From assembly GCF_000150275.1 (NCBI RefSeq), contig NW_002060944.1, positions 6,051,102 to 6,115,101 of the forward strand: 64,000 nt of DNA, given 5' to 3'. The first letter of the stretch is position 1. Each line of letters starts with the position of its first letter. The stretch is from Trichoplax adhaerens. Taxonomy: Eukaryota > Animalia > Placozoa. Under the pieces are notes generated by a model. It had not been told where the DNA came from. It saw nothing but the letters and a program-made list of their open reading frames with translations, and did not search any database. The position numbers were made by a program, and so were the translations under genes. Shown here piece by piece: positions 40,491-54,059 of this stretch.

Positions 40491-43400
40491 TTATTTTCTC
40501 TTAGCATTGATTCGATTAACGCAAACAAGTATATCATCCAATTGATTCTGTACTATTGTATACCTTCGATGAAGCTGTTGTTGTGATAAAGCGCAAGGGT
40601 GATCTGAATGATCGGTGGTTTTGAAACTTTTTTTACCGACTAGAGATTTAAATCTTTCCTTCATGTAATCAGCCATTTCCAAATCTTGATTAATTTGGTT
40701 ACAGCAAGATTTCACTTTTTCGAATGATTTTATAATTAATGTTAAAAACATATTAATTAAAACCCAAGATACTAAGAAGGTATAACAGAAGAAATACAAG
40801 GGTGATACATCACGCAATGATGAATACATAATTTTAGCATAGAAACGGCCAATCATCATGTTGAATTGGCTTTCTAATGTTTTTATAAATGTATTATAAC
40901 TATTAATTGTTCTACCATAAATCAAATAAGCAAATTGAGCAAACGTTAAGAATATCACAGTAAAGACAACTAAAAACATGAGAATTTCCTTAGCAGCACT
41001 TCGTAATGTTATGGATAATATAGCAATGGTACGATTAAAACGCAGTAATCGTATTAATTTTATAGTACCGAAAAAGATTAAAAATGCAAATAAATGAATA
41101 TATAGATTATCCCATGTCGCGACGTAATGAAAATTAATAAAATGACGACTTTGACTGCGACATTGAGCTAATGCATTTCTAGTCACTTGTAATCGGAAGA
41201 AATAAATACTGACGGCGGCAACAGCCAAAGAGATGATGGTAAATTCAATAATATTCCAAAACCCGCTAAAATAGCGTAATGACAAACGCTTTAATTTACT
41301 TAATTCTCGATAGATATAATAGGCAATAAATGAGACAAATATAATTTCACACACAATCACTAACATGCCAGCTGAGTAATGATCACGAAATAAGCGAATT
41401 GTCTGAATTTCTACAAATGGCATAATGCCACCTGTTGCTGGAAATTCCGCTAATAAGGTTACTACAGAGAATAGATTAACTTGCGCATTAAATATTGTAA
41501 ATTCGATAAGGATTGCTCTAGTTTGATGATCAATCCAACCTTGTTGTTGCAATTGATTTAATGTTAGCTGACTTTGGCTTTCATTACGGCTTAGCTCAAC
41601 AACATAACCACCACCATAATAGATATGATATTGGCCCCAATATGGATATGAACCAGTCATGGAGGACGTTTGAAAATGCCATGGATTTTGTTGAGGACTA
41701 TGGCTAATGGATTTCCAACCCACAGTATAATTATTTCTATTTTCAGAACCATAGAAGTAGGATCCAGCACATTTGAGGATAGTGTTGTTAAAAACTGGAT
41801 TAATTAGACAATTATCTACAATAGTTGGAATTGAAAGCATTCTCAATTATATATGATACAATATAATAAATCAGGTCTTCAAGCATTCATAGCAATTTTG
41901 AAATTATAGCATCATGCGGAAAAAGATCAGCTACAGTTTATCAGGTTATTTTATTCACCTGATTTAAAGTGCGAATAAATAATTTAATGATTTTGGAATT
42001 TTCTTATAAACTAGATATAAATCTTATACTGTAATTGGCAGTTTACTGCAGGTACGTTATTCAATTGTTTTTACACAAATAAGGGTTATGTAATACATTT
42101 TAATGATCTTAATTATTACTAATGATTGTATTTGAGTTCAAAATAAAATAGGTACAATACTTAAAATTCTAAGATGGTTTTACCTCCTGTATTCATTCTT
42201 AACATCCGTACTCTTGCAACACCTACAAGGTAAGATTGTCTATTAGCTAAGAAACCCTGTAGATTCGATGACTGCCCGTTGTACCAAGTTCCAACATATA
42301 ACCCAGGCAAGAAGACTTGATTAGTCCACCTCCAAAATTCGTTAATTGTGGCAATCTATGAAATATTGTTTAAGAATGCAATATAGGGTCGGTCTATCTG
42401 GTAATGAATGAGAAATAATGATCTTTAATAGCTATATTTTTAGGATAGAATACCGACTTACTTTAGCAAATCCTTTCAGTGGCGATCCAATTTTTGAAGT
42501 ATTAGAATTATAATAACCGTTAGCGAAAATGTCATTGAGCGATTTAGTTTGATAATAAGCATTGGAATCACGATTTCCATAACAAATTAAAATTGTAACA
42601 GTAAGAAAAACTACATAGCCTAAAATTTCTCGAAAGATTGATTGCATTTTTCGTTGCTTGAGTCTTAAGCTTCTTGCCGCATTGACTTTGGATACCTCAA
42701 GAGGTAGAAACTTAGATGATGTATATCGCTGAGCATCAGGATGAATATCTTTAACATTAATAGCAGTAGACATTGTATCATCCATGTTATCTTCCATTTT
42801 ATTAATATCGACACCAAGATCAGGTCGGCGAACTATTAAAGCAAATATAAATGCTACTACAACGACTTTTATCGGTTGTAATATCAAAATAGATTGCAAG
42901 ATGGAAATTGTCAGCGATGCTAACCATTGTAAACATAATTCTGATCCAAATGAGAGCCCATAGAATAATGTAAAAGCAGTTCCAACGCCGCAAGATATAA
43001 CGATCAATCCCCAACCTAGATAGAGACACCACCAGGGCAAAGAAATATCTAATTTGAAACAGCCTTTTTCTTCAGAATCGTCGAAAGATTGCAGCTTATT
43101 ACACGACTGATCCGATTGTTCACCGGTTCTACAGCGAATTAATTTCACTTTCGTGGATTCTTTTCTCACTATAGGACGTGCGGGTTTATTTTGTTGCTCT
43201 AGATGATTGCTATTTCCTTGTTTAGTTGGCTTTGGACGACTTAATCGAAAAAATTGGACCATCATAAATGAAGGCAAAAAAACGATAGCGCCAGATATTA
43301 AACCTCGAACTAAACCATCCCAAGTAATAATCTTTCCAATAAAAATAGTACCAGCACTATCTTGTGTTTCAATATCATTTCGATAGAACATGGCATTAGT

Positions 43401-46400
43401 TAACATAGAAAGTAATAAGATTGCAAAACAACATCCAACACGTTGGAGTCGTGTAAAATGGCTTTTAACTGGTCTAGTTACAATGGATAGCCATATATGA
43501 TTATCACTTAAACTGATGGCTGCTTTAGACATAAATGATTGCATGAAATCACGTAATTCCTCAGTAGTAGCTGGATATAGCGTACGATCAATGAGACCAT
43601 CTTCGGCATCGACAGCTAGCCATTTATTGCATATAAAACAATATTGTTCATTAGTTTGCAAATCTTTAATGATAATACGGCTTAAAAACCAGGACGGAGA
43701 TAGACCAGAATTATCATGATAGAGTCGAATATAATTAATAGATCCTAGGTCTTGAGAACATGTTAATATCATGGTATCAATATCTCTTGTTTGTAAAAGT
43801 GGCCGATTAAAGTCTTTCAGTAATCGTGGACTTGTGTCTTGATTTTCTCCTGATATAATTAAAGATACATTGGCTGTGGTGCCAGAGCCAACACGAAGGC
43901 CAGTAAATACTGTAATCTCATAGTGATATAAATCGTCGGGTCGATTGTCAATCAGGACAGTGTTACTGAACTAGAAATGAAATAATATAGCATTAGTATA
44001 ATATCGGAAATTCTTTATGATATTATATATTGTACTTCTACTTTAGTCATGGATGATATTATACGATAGACACATTAATAAGTAGTTAGTAGCTATATTG
44101 GTATCAAATATGGTGGACTATCCAGTTTTTAATCCATATACTAACGATTTAAATCATAATCCCTGTATAACTATTGATTCAACCTTCCAATAGACTAGCC
44201 GAGGTACAAGTACATTGAAAGTGTAGCTAAACTTGAATCAATGATAGTATTTTAACCCACAATTAATACATCGAATTAGTACGATTAACTTACTTTAACT
44301 GCATTCTTCTTATCTTGACGCCATGCCCATACACTAATTACGATAAAAATTACATATAGGCATGCTAATACAATAATTATATAAGGGTTGTTATGAATAT
44401 TGGCAAACCAATGTTGGATTTTAGTAAAGTCCAATATATTCGGTGTTACATCAAATCGACCGGCAAAAAACGTTAAATGATTGCATTGGCAATAAATACC
44501 ATCATTGTGGTTTGAATTGCTAATCATTTTACAGCCTGAGCTTGACCATTCCGATGTTGTGTGATTCCAAAAACGACAACCAAGGTCATAAAATGCCAGG
44601 GAATAGTTTGCGAAATAAAAATTACGACTAGATTTATTTCCATAAAGTAGAGGTATTTGATATTGTAACTCTAGAACATAACGACCAGGCTGGAATGAAT
44701 TACTGGAGATTAAGTTATAGGCTATGGACGTGTGAATATTATGGACGGAATAATTAGCAATAACATGAGTAATGTTAGTTGAAGTAATCGATTGGACTAT
44801 TGCTTGAAGAGGTTGATCAGTTTGGATGATAAAACCTCGAACGTCGCTAATGGACAAGATATCGAAATAGTGTTTGGGATTTTGGCAACGGTATGCGCTA
44901 CATTGAACATAGAATCGCGTTGCTTGATGAATTGTCCTGTTCGCAATTGCTTCAGTATCCGAGTAGGTTTGAGGTAATTGGATATTAATAGGATGTTGAA
45001 GATTCTTAACTGAAATTTCACTACCATTATCAAATGTTAACGATAAACCATTGATATCATTGGCGATATTAGCAGAACTAGAGACGTAGGTATACGGATT
45101 TTTGAGAGTTGACCACTAGATTCATAAAAAGCCGAGTACCGCAATCAGTTGATTATTAATAAATAGATCTACTGCGGCAGTGTTCTGGAGCTAAGATATC
45201 ATCTGCTTTAATTCTGTTAATACTAAAATTTTTAATTATAGTAACTTACGGTGAAAGGCTAATATTTACTAGATACAAGTAAACTAAGATACAAAAATTC
45301 TGACTATATCCTATTGCAGATATATTATAACTAGGATGGAAAGATGTATACATATATATATATATATACTTGTAAATATATATTGCCAAAGTTGGTCGAT
45401 ATAGCATAGAAAGAATTGCAAAAAAGAACTGGAATCGATATAATTAGATTTAATCGTATAAGCAACGATGGCCTTACTCTATAATCAACAAAGATCGGAT
45501 CTCCGTTAGATTGAATCATGTTGCCAATATTCGGAATTAAAAACTCTGCTTTAGGTAGTTTAAAAGTGCTAAGTTGAGGTTCACCAATTTCTTGTGGCAA
45601 CTCATGATAGGTATGCCGACTTAACGTGACATTAATGGCATCTGATGTGATGGTAGACGGAATTTCACCGGGAACTTTGTTCATCAACATGACCGTACAA
45701 CTACTATGAATTGCCAAGACCGACTAGAAAACAGGAAAAATATTGTTGCTAATAAGCTAATCTCCAATCAAGTTAACGCATTTATTGTACGGATAACTAA
45801 TAAGATCCTATCGTTTCAAATTTATTAATTAGGTAGCTAGTGCAAAAGTTCATTAAGATATACAGTATACCAGATACGTTATGTATGTACTAAATAACAA
45901 ATTTCCGCAATCAACTACCGTCATTATTATAATTATGCAGCTTATATATTCTCGATATAAGGTAAAATGTATACTTTTGCATTTGATTAGGCAATCAGCC
46001 GTTAAATAGAGTATAGAAAGTTTTAGTAGGTTGTACGCTAAGTGATCTTACCCTGCTAATTATATCGGACATTTTTGATGCAGTAGGTGATGTAGTGGGT
46101 TGGTTTATTCCTGCACTTTGCTGCATGTACTTAGCGGCGGCAATAATATTATTTGCGACCTTTACAATGCCTGATGAAACATGATTGATTGCATCCAATT
46201 AATATTAGCACTCTGATTTCTTCTAAACACAGCCAACACTTTACCTTTAGCTGTTGATTTTAGCAATGCATCATCAGCTCCATTTTGGCCTTCAAAATTT
46301 AAAATAGCTGTCATATGTTGAAGTGAAGTACTGATCATTCCCTAATCGTAGAAATAAAAATGATGGCTCAAAATGCAACACAGCTTAAAGGTGCTTAAAG

Positions 46401-49400
46401 ACATATATGTACTTTCTAAAGAAATTAAGATCTATAATGGATGTTACTCTACTTAAGCGACGTCATCCATAAAATTTTAAGGCGTTAATATAAGTATTTA
46501 TTTAAAGACACTGTCACTTTGTCGTAGATAAGGGGACAAAAATTATGGTATGCAGTAAACATCAAAAAGTCAACGTTGATCGTTTCTCTATTGTTTACTT
46601 GAGTCATATCAGCGAGTTCTTGTTTTACTTCTGTGATTGGTAAAATAGCATCTACAGTCTGCTTCAATAATGGCAATGTCTGTATCATGTTGTTGGTGAG
46701 AACATCGTTGACCAAAAGGGCTCTTATCTATATCACAGCAAAAGATATTCATATCTGATTGCAACTGAAACTGAACCAAAGGAATATTATATACGAATAT
46801 GTCCAGAGTATATCTATTGTACAGTATATAGACATGATATATTTACCTCATTTCTATACTAATATACATGATAAGTGTATAATAAGGAAGAGGTATACAG
46901 GAGATAAATTTAATTTTAGACTATTACTTACTATTGTTCGTTTTTGTCCGTCTTCTGATCCCACTGTAGAATCTAAAATGTTCATAAATGTAAGAGGTGA
47001 GTCTTTAATAAATAAAATACTTAAATACAATTATTAGTTAAATAGAGTATAATAAGTATTTCACGGTAAAGTGTAAATATTATAGCACAGAATCTTCCTA
47101 TGCATGCTCTAGCAGTATACTTTGCACGATATTACGATAGTATCCATTAATAAATCTGAGAATAGCTATAAAGCTTTCAAATATATTATATATAATTCCC
47201 TATGTATAGGTATATATAATTCCCTATATATAGGTATATATAATTACGATGGTTAGTCAAATAGGACATAATGGGTATCTTATGCTAAAACGTAAATATT
47301 ATAACACAATTTCTTCTCATGCATACTCTAGCAGTGCACTTTCCACGACACTATGGCTGTATTGATTAATAAATTGTTATATAATTTTCAAATATATCAT
47401 ATACAATTACCAGTAAGAATTATTTTACACCCACACATTAATATACCTTTACTGGATAAGCGATTGAGTATTGAAGCTGATATTCCAATAGCCAGGTTGG
47501 CTTCTTGTAATTTCCCTTGATCGATAAACTGGCGTAAGACTGATATATTTCCCTTAGTAAAATTATTTACCATCGACAATTCCTCTTCCGACGTATAGTT
47601 GGAAAATGGACGAACCTATATAATTGTTAGTCCAATCGTGAAGAATTACATAGCAGATCATGTGTAAATTTAAAGTAAGTTGATGCTATGATGAGAATAA
47701 TATGATATTTTAAAAATGGGTAAACCTATCATTAGCGGCTCAATCACGATGAATATTACATTGTAGATTACGCGTATATTCAAAGTGAATGTTATGGTGG
47801 GAATAGTATTTCTTTATACTGTAATCCGTATGATATGTAATTAGCAATCTAATCATTCATAAACGATATGCAATCTGTAAATTTAATTTATGTAAATTAT
47901 CGCTATAATTGATGTAATTTCAACTATAGGATAAAAATGAGATGATTACGATTTACGGAGTATGGTAAAAAATATATTTATAAGATACTACTACCCAATA
48001 ATAATTGACGGTACGATAAGATCTGCATTTACTATCGAATAGAGTTACAATAAGAGTTCTGGTCTAAAGACCATCTAGTACAACTACTGTGATGTAATAA
48101 ATGATATAGCAATTGATTAGAGGATATATAATTTATAAATCTATAAAAGATGGAAATTTATATGGATATAAAAGAACATTATTGGAATTTGGATTGTCAG
48201 AAATTGCATCAATATATTTAAGTTGAGATATATTTTAGTGAAGTAAGCTACTACAGTCCACTAATCTATTGCGCTAACAGTATTTAATTGAATATATACT
48301 GAAAAATATTAGAAGATAAAGGTTACCGTACTTCATTGATACACAACAATTACGATAAGGTTCTCAAAATAAACTATCGTAATTCATCGGCTAATTACGG
48401 TAGTGCGGTTACGGTATATCGATTGAAAATAAATTTCAAGAAAAAAATTGATTCATCGATCTATTTTCATTACAGAGTGTAATTGAATATCGAATTACTA
48501 TAGCATTTTCATATTTGTTGACTCAATGTTGTATGAGAAGAATAGAAATTCATTGCCTTACCGTTATCAAAATTGGAATTTTAACAGAAGCCCCCAAACC
48601 ATCAGTCGCGATCACTTCCATAGGTAATTTATAGCCATTTGATTCTTGGCCTGCTGGTAATATTAGTGAAACCTTTGGCACCGGACTATAGTAAACTTCC
48701 ATCTCATTATTCACCGTGCTTGCACTTGGTATGCGAAATTGGTAACTTAAAGGCTGATCATCATCACTAAAATCATAGCATCGAATAGAGTACATAGTTT
48801 TCAATGTTATACCATCAGATGGCTCAACGTGGCAAGTGCCTGGTTTCGGCGGTGGGTTAATACTAATATTATAGTAAGAATAACTAACAGAGCCATTTAA
48901 TCTGCTGACAGCAAGTTGAATGGTATATTCGGTCTTGTTGAGAAAAGTATTGGAAAGAAAGGTAATATATTCCTTATTATTGCCGGTAGATGAAATAGTA
49001 TTCCATTTAAGTGTCGTATTGAGAAGAGACCAAGAATAAGTTAAATTATCACATCGACCTTTACATCGACCTTCTAAAATGAATGAGTCGGATGGATTAA
49101 CTTTGTTCATGCAATTTCGCTTACATCTATAGATGATGATAATGAATGAATAAAATAAGGAGAAAATTTTTTGAAATGAGCATACCGATTAATATATCAT
49201 GACGGAAGCAAATGAATAGTCGATTAGAAATCGATTAGGCTAACATCAATACGAGTATTCTACTACAAACTTACATTATTTCGATGTTAGGAGGATCATG
49301 CAAGGTGATATAGACTAATTGGGCTCCTACACTTTCTCGTACATCTTTTTTAATGATAACTTGAAATAAATAAGTGGAATTACTAACAAGAATTGACGGA

Positions 49401-52400
49401 GGTATGTATAAGATCGGTTGCTGAGCTTGCTGGCTTGTTAAATTTAAACATGAGTGAACTGTTGTTCTTAATTGTGATTGATGATTAATGATTTGACATG
49501 TCCAATAATAAGTTATATTGCCATAATTGTTTTTGACATCATCGGGATCGCATGATCGACTAGCATCCATAATTATACTTTGGTTGAATCCAACAGTTCG
49601 GTAGTTGCCACCAATGATATGAGCAACAAGAGGATTATTCCTAAAGGAAAGATAGGCTCCGACATCATCGGTAAATGATTTATTATGAGAAGTTACCCTT
49701 AGGTATATTTTATAATTGTAGGCAGAAGAGATTATCCTATTAGGTACGATGAGAATGGATGTATTTGTTAAAATAGTAGGTGGAAATTGCAGTGGAGGAC
49801 TTTCTATGGCATCACCGTCAATTAATTTATAAGGAGTAAGAGTCCAATTGAAATAGACACCACCAGTTAAATTACATCTAACAGTTAAATTACTGCTAAG
49901 TAGGATATAACGACTGATGGAAAAGACTTTTGGTCTCGATTTCGTTCTTCCACCGCTAAAAGTAAAGCTAACACTTAATGGAGAACATTTTCGAACGCGA
50001 ACGCGTTGGAAAATAGTATAATTTGTGACAAGATTAATAGCTTGTATCCGTAAATTGTAGGATTTTACTTTATAATAGATATGATTAAAAATCATGACAT
50101 AGGTAGAATTGAGTTGGAATTCGAATCTAGAAGACTTGTTGGCGATTTTTGGAACCGTTGAAGCTAGGACTGCCTCCGACCCATTTCTCGTTATAGCCGG
50201 TGTGCCATCTTGAGGATCCCAGACAATGGCAGAAGAGTTTCCGATTTGCTTAAGAAAAACAAAAACTTCTAACGGTTCCCCAACCGTAATTCGATACGAA
50301 GGAGCGTAAACAAATAAAATTTGTATTGGATAATATAAGACTAGCTGACTAGAACCAATGGCCCAGCTATAAGTGTTTGATGCATTAACTGTTATATTAG
50401 CCACTCCACTTGCATTATAGATGTAAATAATTTCAATCGACGATTTGTTCGTCGTACTAGGTACTGTAGTTTCATTTTCAACTTTTAAAGTTTGATTATT
50501 GTTGCCTGTATCTATTCCAGAGACAGATAGGACTGTGCCTTGGGCCCCGAGATTGTAGCTGTAATTTGTTGGTGAACCATATTCGGTGGAAATAATAATT
50601 GCTAAAGTCTGGTTAACTGCAAAATAGTTTAGATCCGATCCATTACCTACTTGATGAGTTGCATTATCATAGACTTGAATAGTTACACCTTCGATGTCTT
50701 CCTTAACTTCAATATCAGCAATCGATATCGATGAACTGTTGCTGTTATAAGCAGTGATATTAATAGTTTGTACTCCAGCGGTCGAGTAATTATAAGTAAA
50801 AGGTCCAATAATGGATGGTTCAACGACAACAGCCCGAATAAGGTAATGATCTTGATAAGATGAGACATTGGTAGAATCAAAAGCTGATCCAATATCCGTT
50901 TGGGAATTAGGACTAAAGTAGACTGTGGTAGAAAATTCATCATGAACGACTGTAATTTCTCCACTATCTGAGCCAGAATATGCGATACCAATAAAATCTC
51001 CTTCTTGAACTGCAAGAGGAGTGATGTGTGGCTCACTTAAAACAGCTCGACCAGTGTTATAAATGAACCCTTCTGTTTGGCCGACAAGAATAGCCATGGA
51101 TAGATCAAATGGATTGGAATAATTCGAGGCATTACAATCGGTTTGATTATAGCAGTTTCCAGAGGAAAAGCAATAGCTAATGTTGCGATGAAAGTTTTCA
51201 CATAAGGGCGGCTGACAATGATCAGAGCGAGAAATGCAACGGCCGAGAAGATGACAGTAGATTCCATCAGGGCAACTGGGTCTCCATACCTGAATTATCG
51301 TTGAAAACAACTTATTTAGGTCCATATTTTACAATTGCATTGTGATCTAGGGCTAATCTGAATAAACGAGAGGGAACTGAAACTACTCGTATTAGGACAA
51401 CAAGAATCGAGATAGCTAGCTATAGTGTGGCTATACAAAATGCTGCTATTTTTCTATTTATGGTTACAATTCGCATTTCAAATTTATAATCTAAAGCCCT
51501 TAATAACATACAAATTAAAATTGGGACACCTATATTAAAATTGAGCGTCTATTACAGAAATATAGAGAAATTACAATCTAAAGCTCTTAGTAACATACAA
51601 ATTAAAAAATGGGATGCCTATATTAAATCGAAAGTCAATGATAGGAATGTAAAGAAGTTATAAATAGCTAGATATCGATATATTGCACATAATTTACTAT
51701 CTGTTTAAACTTGGGAATATAATTGCTAACCTGAAATTGAATCTTTCCGGTTTGTTTAAAACTTCCTTCCCAATGATGGATGTAACCACTGCGTTTAATG
51801 ACATAATGTGGAAAGAGCAGCGTAGCTTCATCAGGGTCATCTCGTATACCTAATATTGGTGCTGTTTGAACTGCTGCAATTTCTCCAAGGTAAGTATGCC
51901 TGCAATCTTTGGATATGAAACATTACAGAAATAGATTGAGCATGTGAAGTATGTGAAGGTAGAATTTTAAAGTGATTGATTGTCGTAGGAATAGATCAAG
52001 TTTAATAAATAGATTATGAGCTATTAACAACTAAAAGGATAAAGGAACTTTCCAAATTTGCAGAAGTTTAGTTCACTATTCTTACAACTATAAGAATTTA
52101 GCTTTTATAAATCTATGTTGAGTGTATATCATGTATTCTTTGCGCCCTGTTGTAGCATTTCAAAGCAATATACTCATTCCTTTTAACAAAACACGTAGTT
52201 TTTCAGGAGATCACCAGGTGCATTAGAGCTGATCTTCACTTACCAACATAATACATATCAATTCTTACCTAAAATAGGAAATTCAATACTATTTCCATCT
52301 CCAAATGACACAATAACGTTCATCTCATTGCCCGAAGAAACTATCGCTTTACACCAGAAGAGTTGATTTTTACGAACGTCAATTGGACATTGAGTATCGG

Positions 52401-54059
52401 TAATAACAACGGGCGCATGAAGATGATAATGTCTTACTGCTTGTAGATTACGAGTCAGATTATTATGAAATGTAGCCGTAAATTTTATTGGACCAATGCC
52501 GGTGTAAAGATGATTTATTTGTAAAAATGGAGTAATAGATGGAGTAATCCAGCCATCACCATAATCGGCCTTTAAAGTAGCTGCTAGGCCAGGATTAGCG
52601 TAGTAAATGCTGGAGAATTGAAAGGTAAGACTAGATGCTGTCATGATATTAGTTTGAAGGGGCTGATCAATTTCTAATTGACGAAGGTATCCATCTGTAC
52701 TGTACATAGTTGCATAATTGATTCCACCACACGATAAACTCTGGTTTCCTAAGCAGAAATCGGTACATCGACCGATATATGTTGGACTTTTTGGCACTAA
52801 CATTATTGTTGATGAGCAATAGCATATAGGTTGCGATGCGACAACTTGTAGTGCTGCATACGGGCAACTAATCTTAGCACAGAGTTGTGCACATAGGATC
52901 GGTGTTAGCGTTGAAATGTTATAATTTCCAGGGTTTTTGTAGAAGAAATCTTGACTAGGAGTATTGCTGTAGCAGCCATATTCACTATAACCAGAAACTA
53001 ATACAATGAAAACGAAAATTAGTTGTAACACTTATTAGTTAATATATTCCATAATGTAATCCTTGCGGCGTGTAATTTTACTAACTAAAGATTGTCAGCG
53101 TTTGGATTTCTCCATCAAATACAGTATAAACTATGAAGGTACTTTAATGACGATTATGCAGATCAATTCGCCACGGAATACATATGAGTACCGTACACGT
53201 AAGCAATGACTATCTGATGAAAATGAAAAATCGTGAATATTACAATACTGTATGCATCTACATAGCTATTTAATCTATCTCCATAAGATAACGTAATACA
53301 AGTTCAAGTTTGGTTTTTAAATCAAACACGAGAAAGATTTCGGAAGAAGCTCGATAATTATTGTAGTAGTATATGTATATTTCAAATACTATATGATAAG
53401 GATCCATACACGTGTATGCTTGCTATACTTAACATCATACGCGTATAAATAAGCGCAGCCAGAATAAAGTATAATAACAGCAATGGATGGGCGTTAACGA
53501 GAAAGGAAATTCGAGTTTGATATTGTAATTCAGGCAAGAAGAGATATTAAATAAGCTGCTATTAGATATATAATTATTCGCATACTCATATTCATAAGAC
53601 AGATATAAACTATATCCCCATATTTACGCTATACTTTAATGATACATTACCATGTACTAGCAGGAAGAATAATTATTGTCTATGGCTGAGAGATTAAGTA
53701 ATAGAAAATACAATATAAAATGTTTATGATTTGCGATACAAGTTATTTCTGCGAAGCTTTTATTATATATTATCAAACTGCTTAAAGATTAGCGACTAAT
53801 TCCACCTATATGCGTAGTAACTTTGAAGTGATTAAGTTTAAACAAATTTAACTTAAACGAATTAACTTGAGCATAATCATATCGATGTCGATGTATTTCA
53901 ATAGTATTAAGTTCCATACAGTTTGCTATACAATATTTTATTAAAATTTAAAAATTGGATAATAAATTGCCATGCAATGAATATCAGATGGGATTTACCT
54001 AGTCTACTAATGGCATAGAACGCTAAAAATGAAGACAGAACCAAAATGATTCTTGCCAT
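40491..54059 (-). CDS. PKD1: Polycystin-1-like protein: signal peptide, WSC, PKD repeats, Cys-rich segment, REJ, GAIN/GPS, PLAT, 11-TM polycystin region and coiled-coil tail; about 15 exons
   Basis: Exon 1 (54059-53999) MARIILVLSSFLAFYAISRL splices in phase to the WSC exon (YGCY...CAQLC...CYCS...CGG). REJ: IIGGNYRTV...MDASRSCDPD. GPS: CRFWN...WSSSGC...CQCNHLTFF. PLAT: YEITVFTG...HDNSGLSPSWFL. Then FTRLQRVGCCF, YYGGGYVVEL and WIDHQTRAILIEFT. All junctions checked by hand stay in frame. Confidence 0.92.
47073..47395. repeat. Degenerate ~220-bp tandem duplication in a PKD1-like intron, with a nested ~24-bp TATAATTCCCTAT repeat
   Basis: gtaaatattatagcacag...tctagcagtatactttgcacga (~47073) recurs as gtaaatattataacacaa...tctagcagtgcactttccacga (~47292). 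Confidence 0.7.
51483..51628. repeat. Two-copy intronic tandem duplication, period about 89 bp
   Basis: aatctaaagcccttaataacatacaaattaaaattgggacacctatattaaa versus aatctaaagctcttagtaacatacaaattaaaaaatgggatgcctatattaaa. Confidence 0.75.

Noticed and set aside
53000-53052. ATG followed by TAA TAA and a GTG start, suggesting a PKD1-like pseudogene or non-AUG start
   Set aside because: This is intron 3' sequence. A proper signal-peptide exon at 54059-53999 splices in phase.
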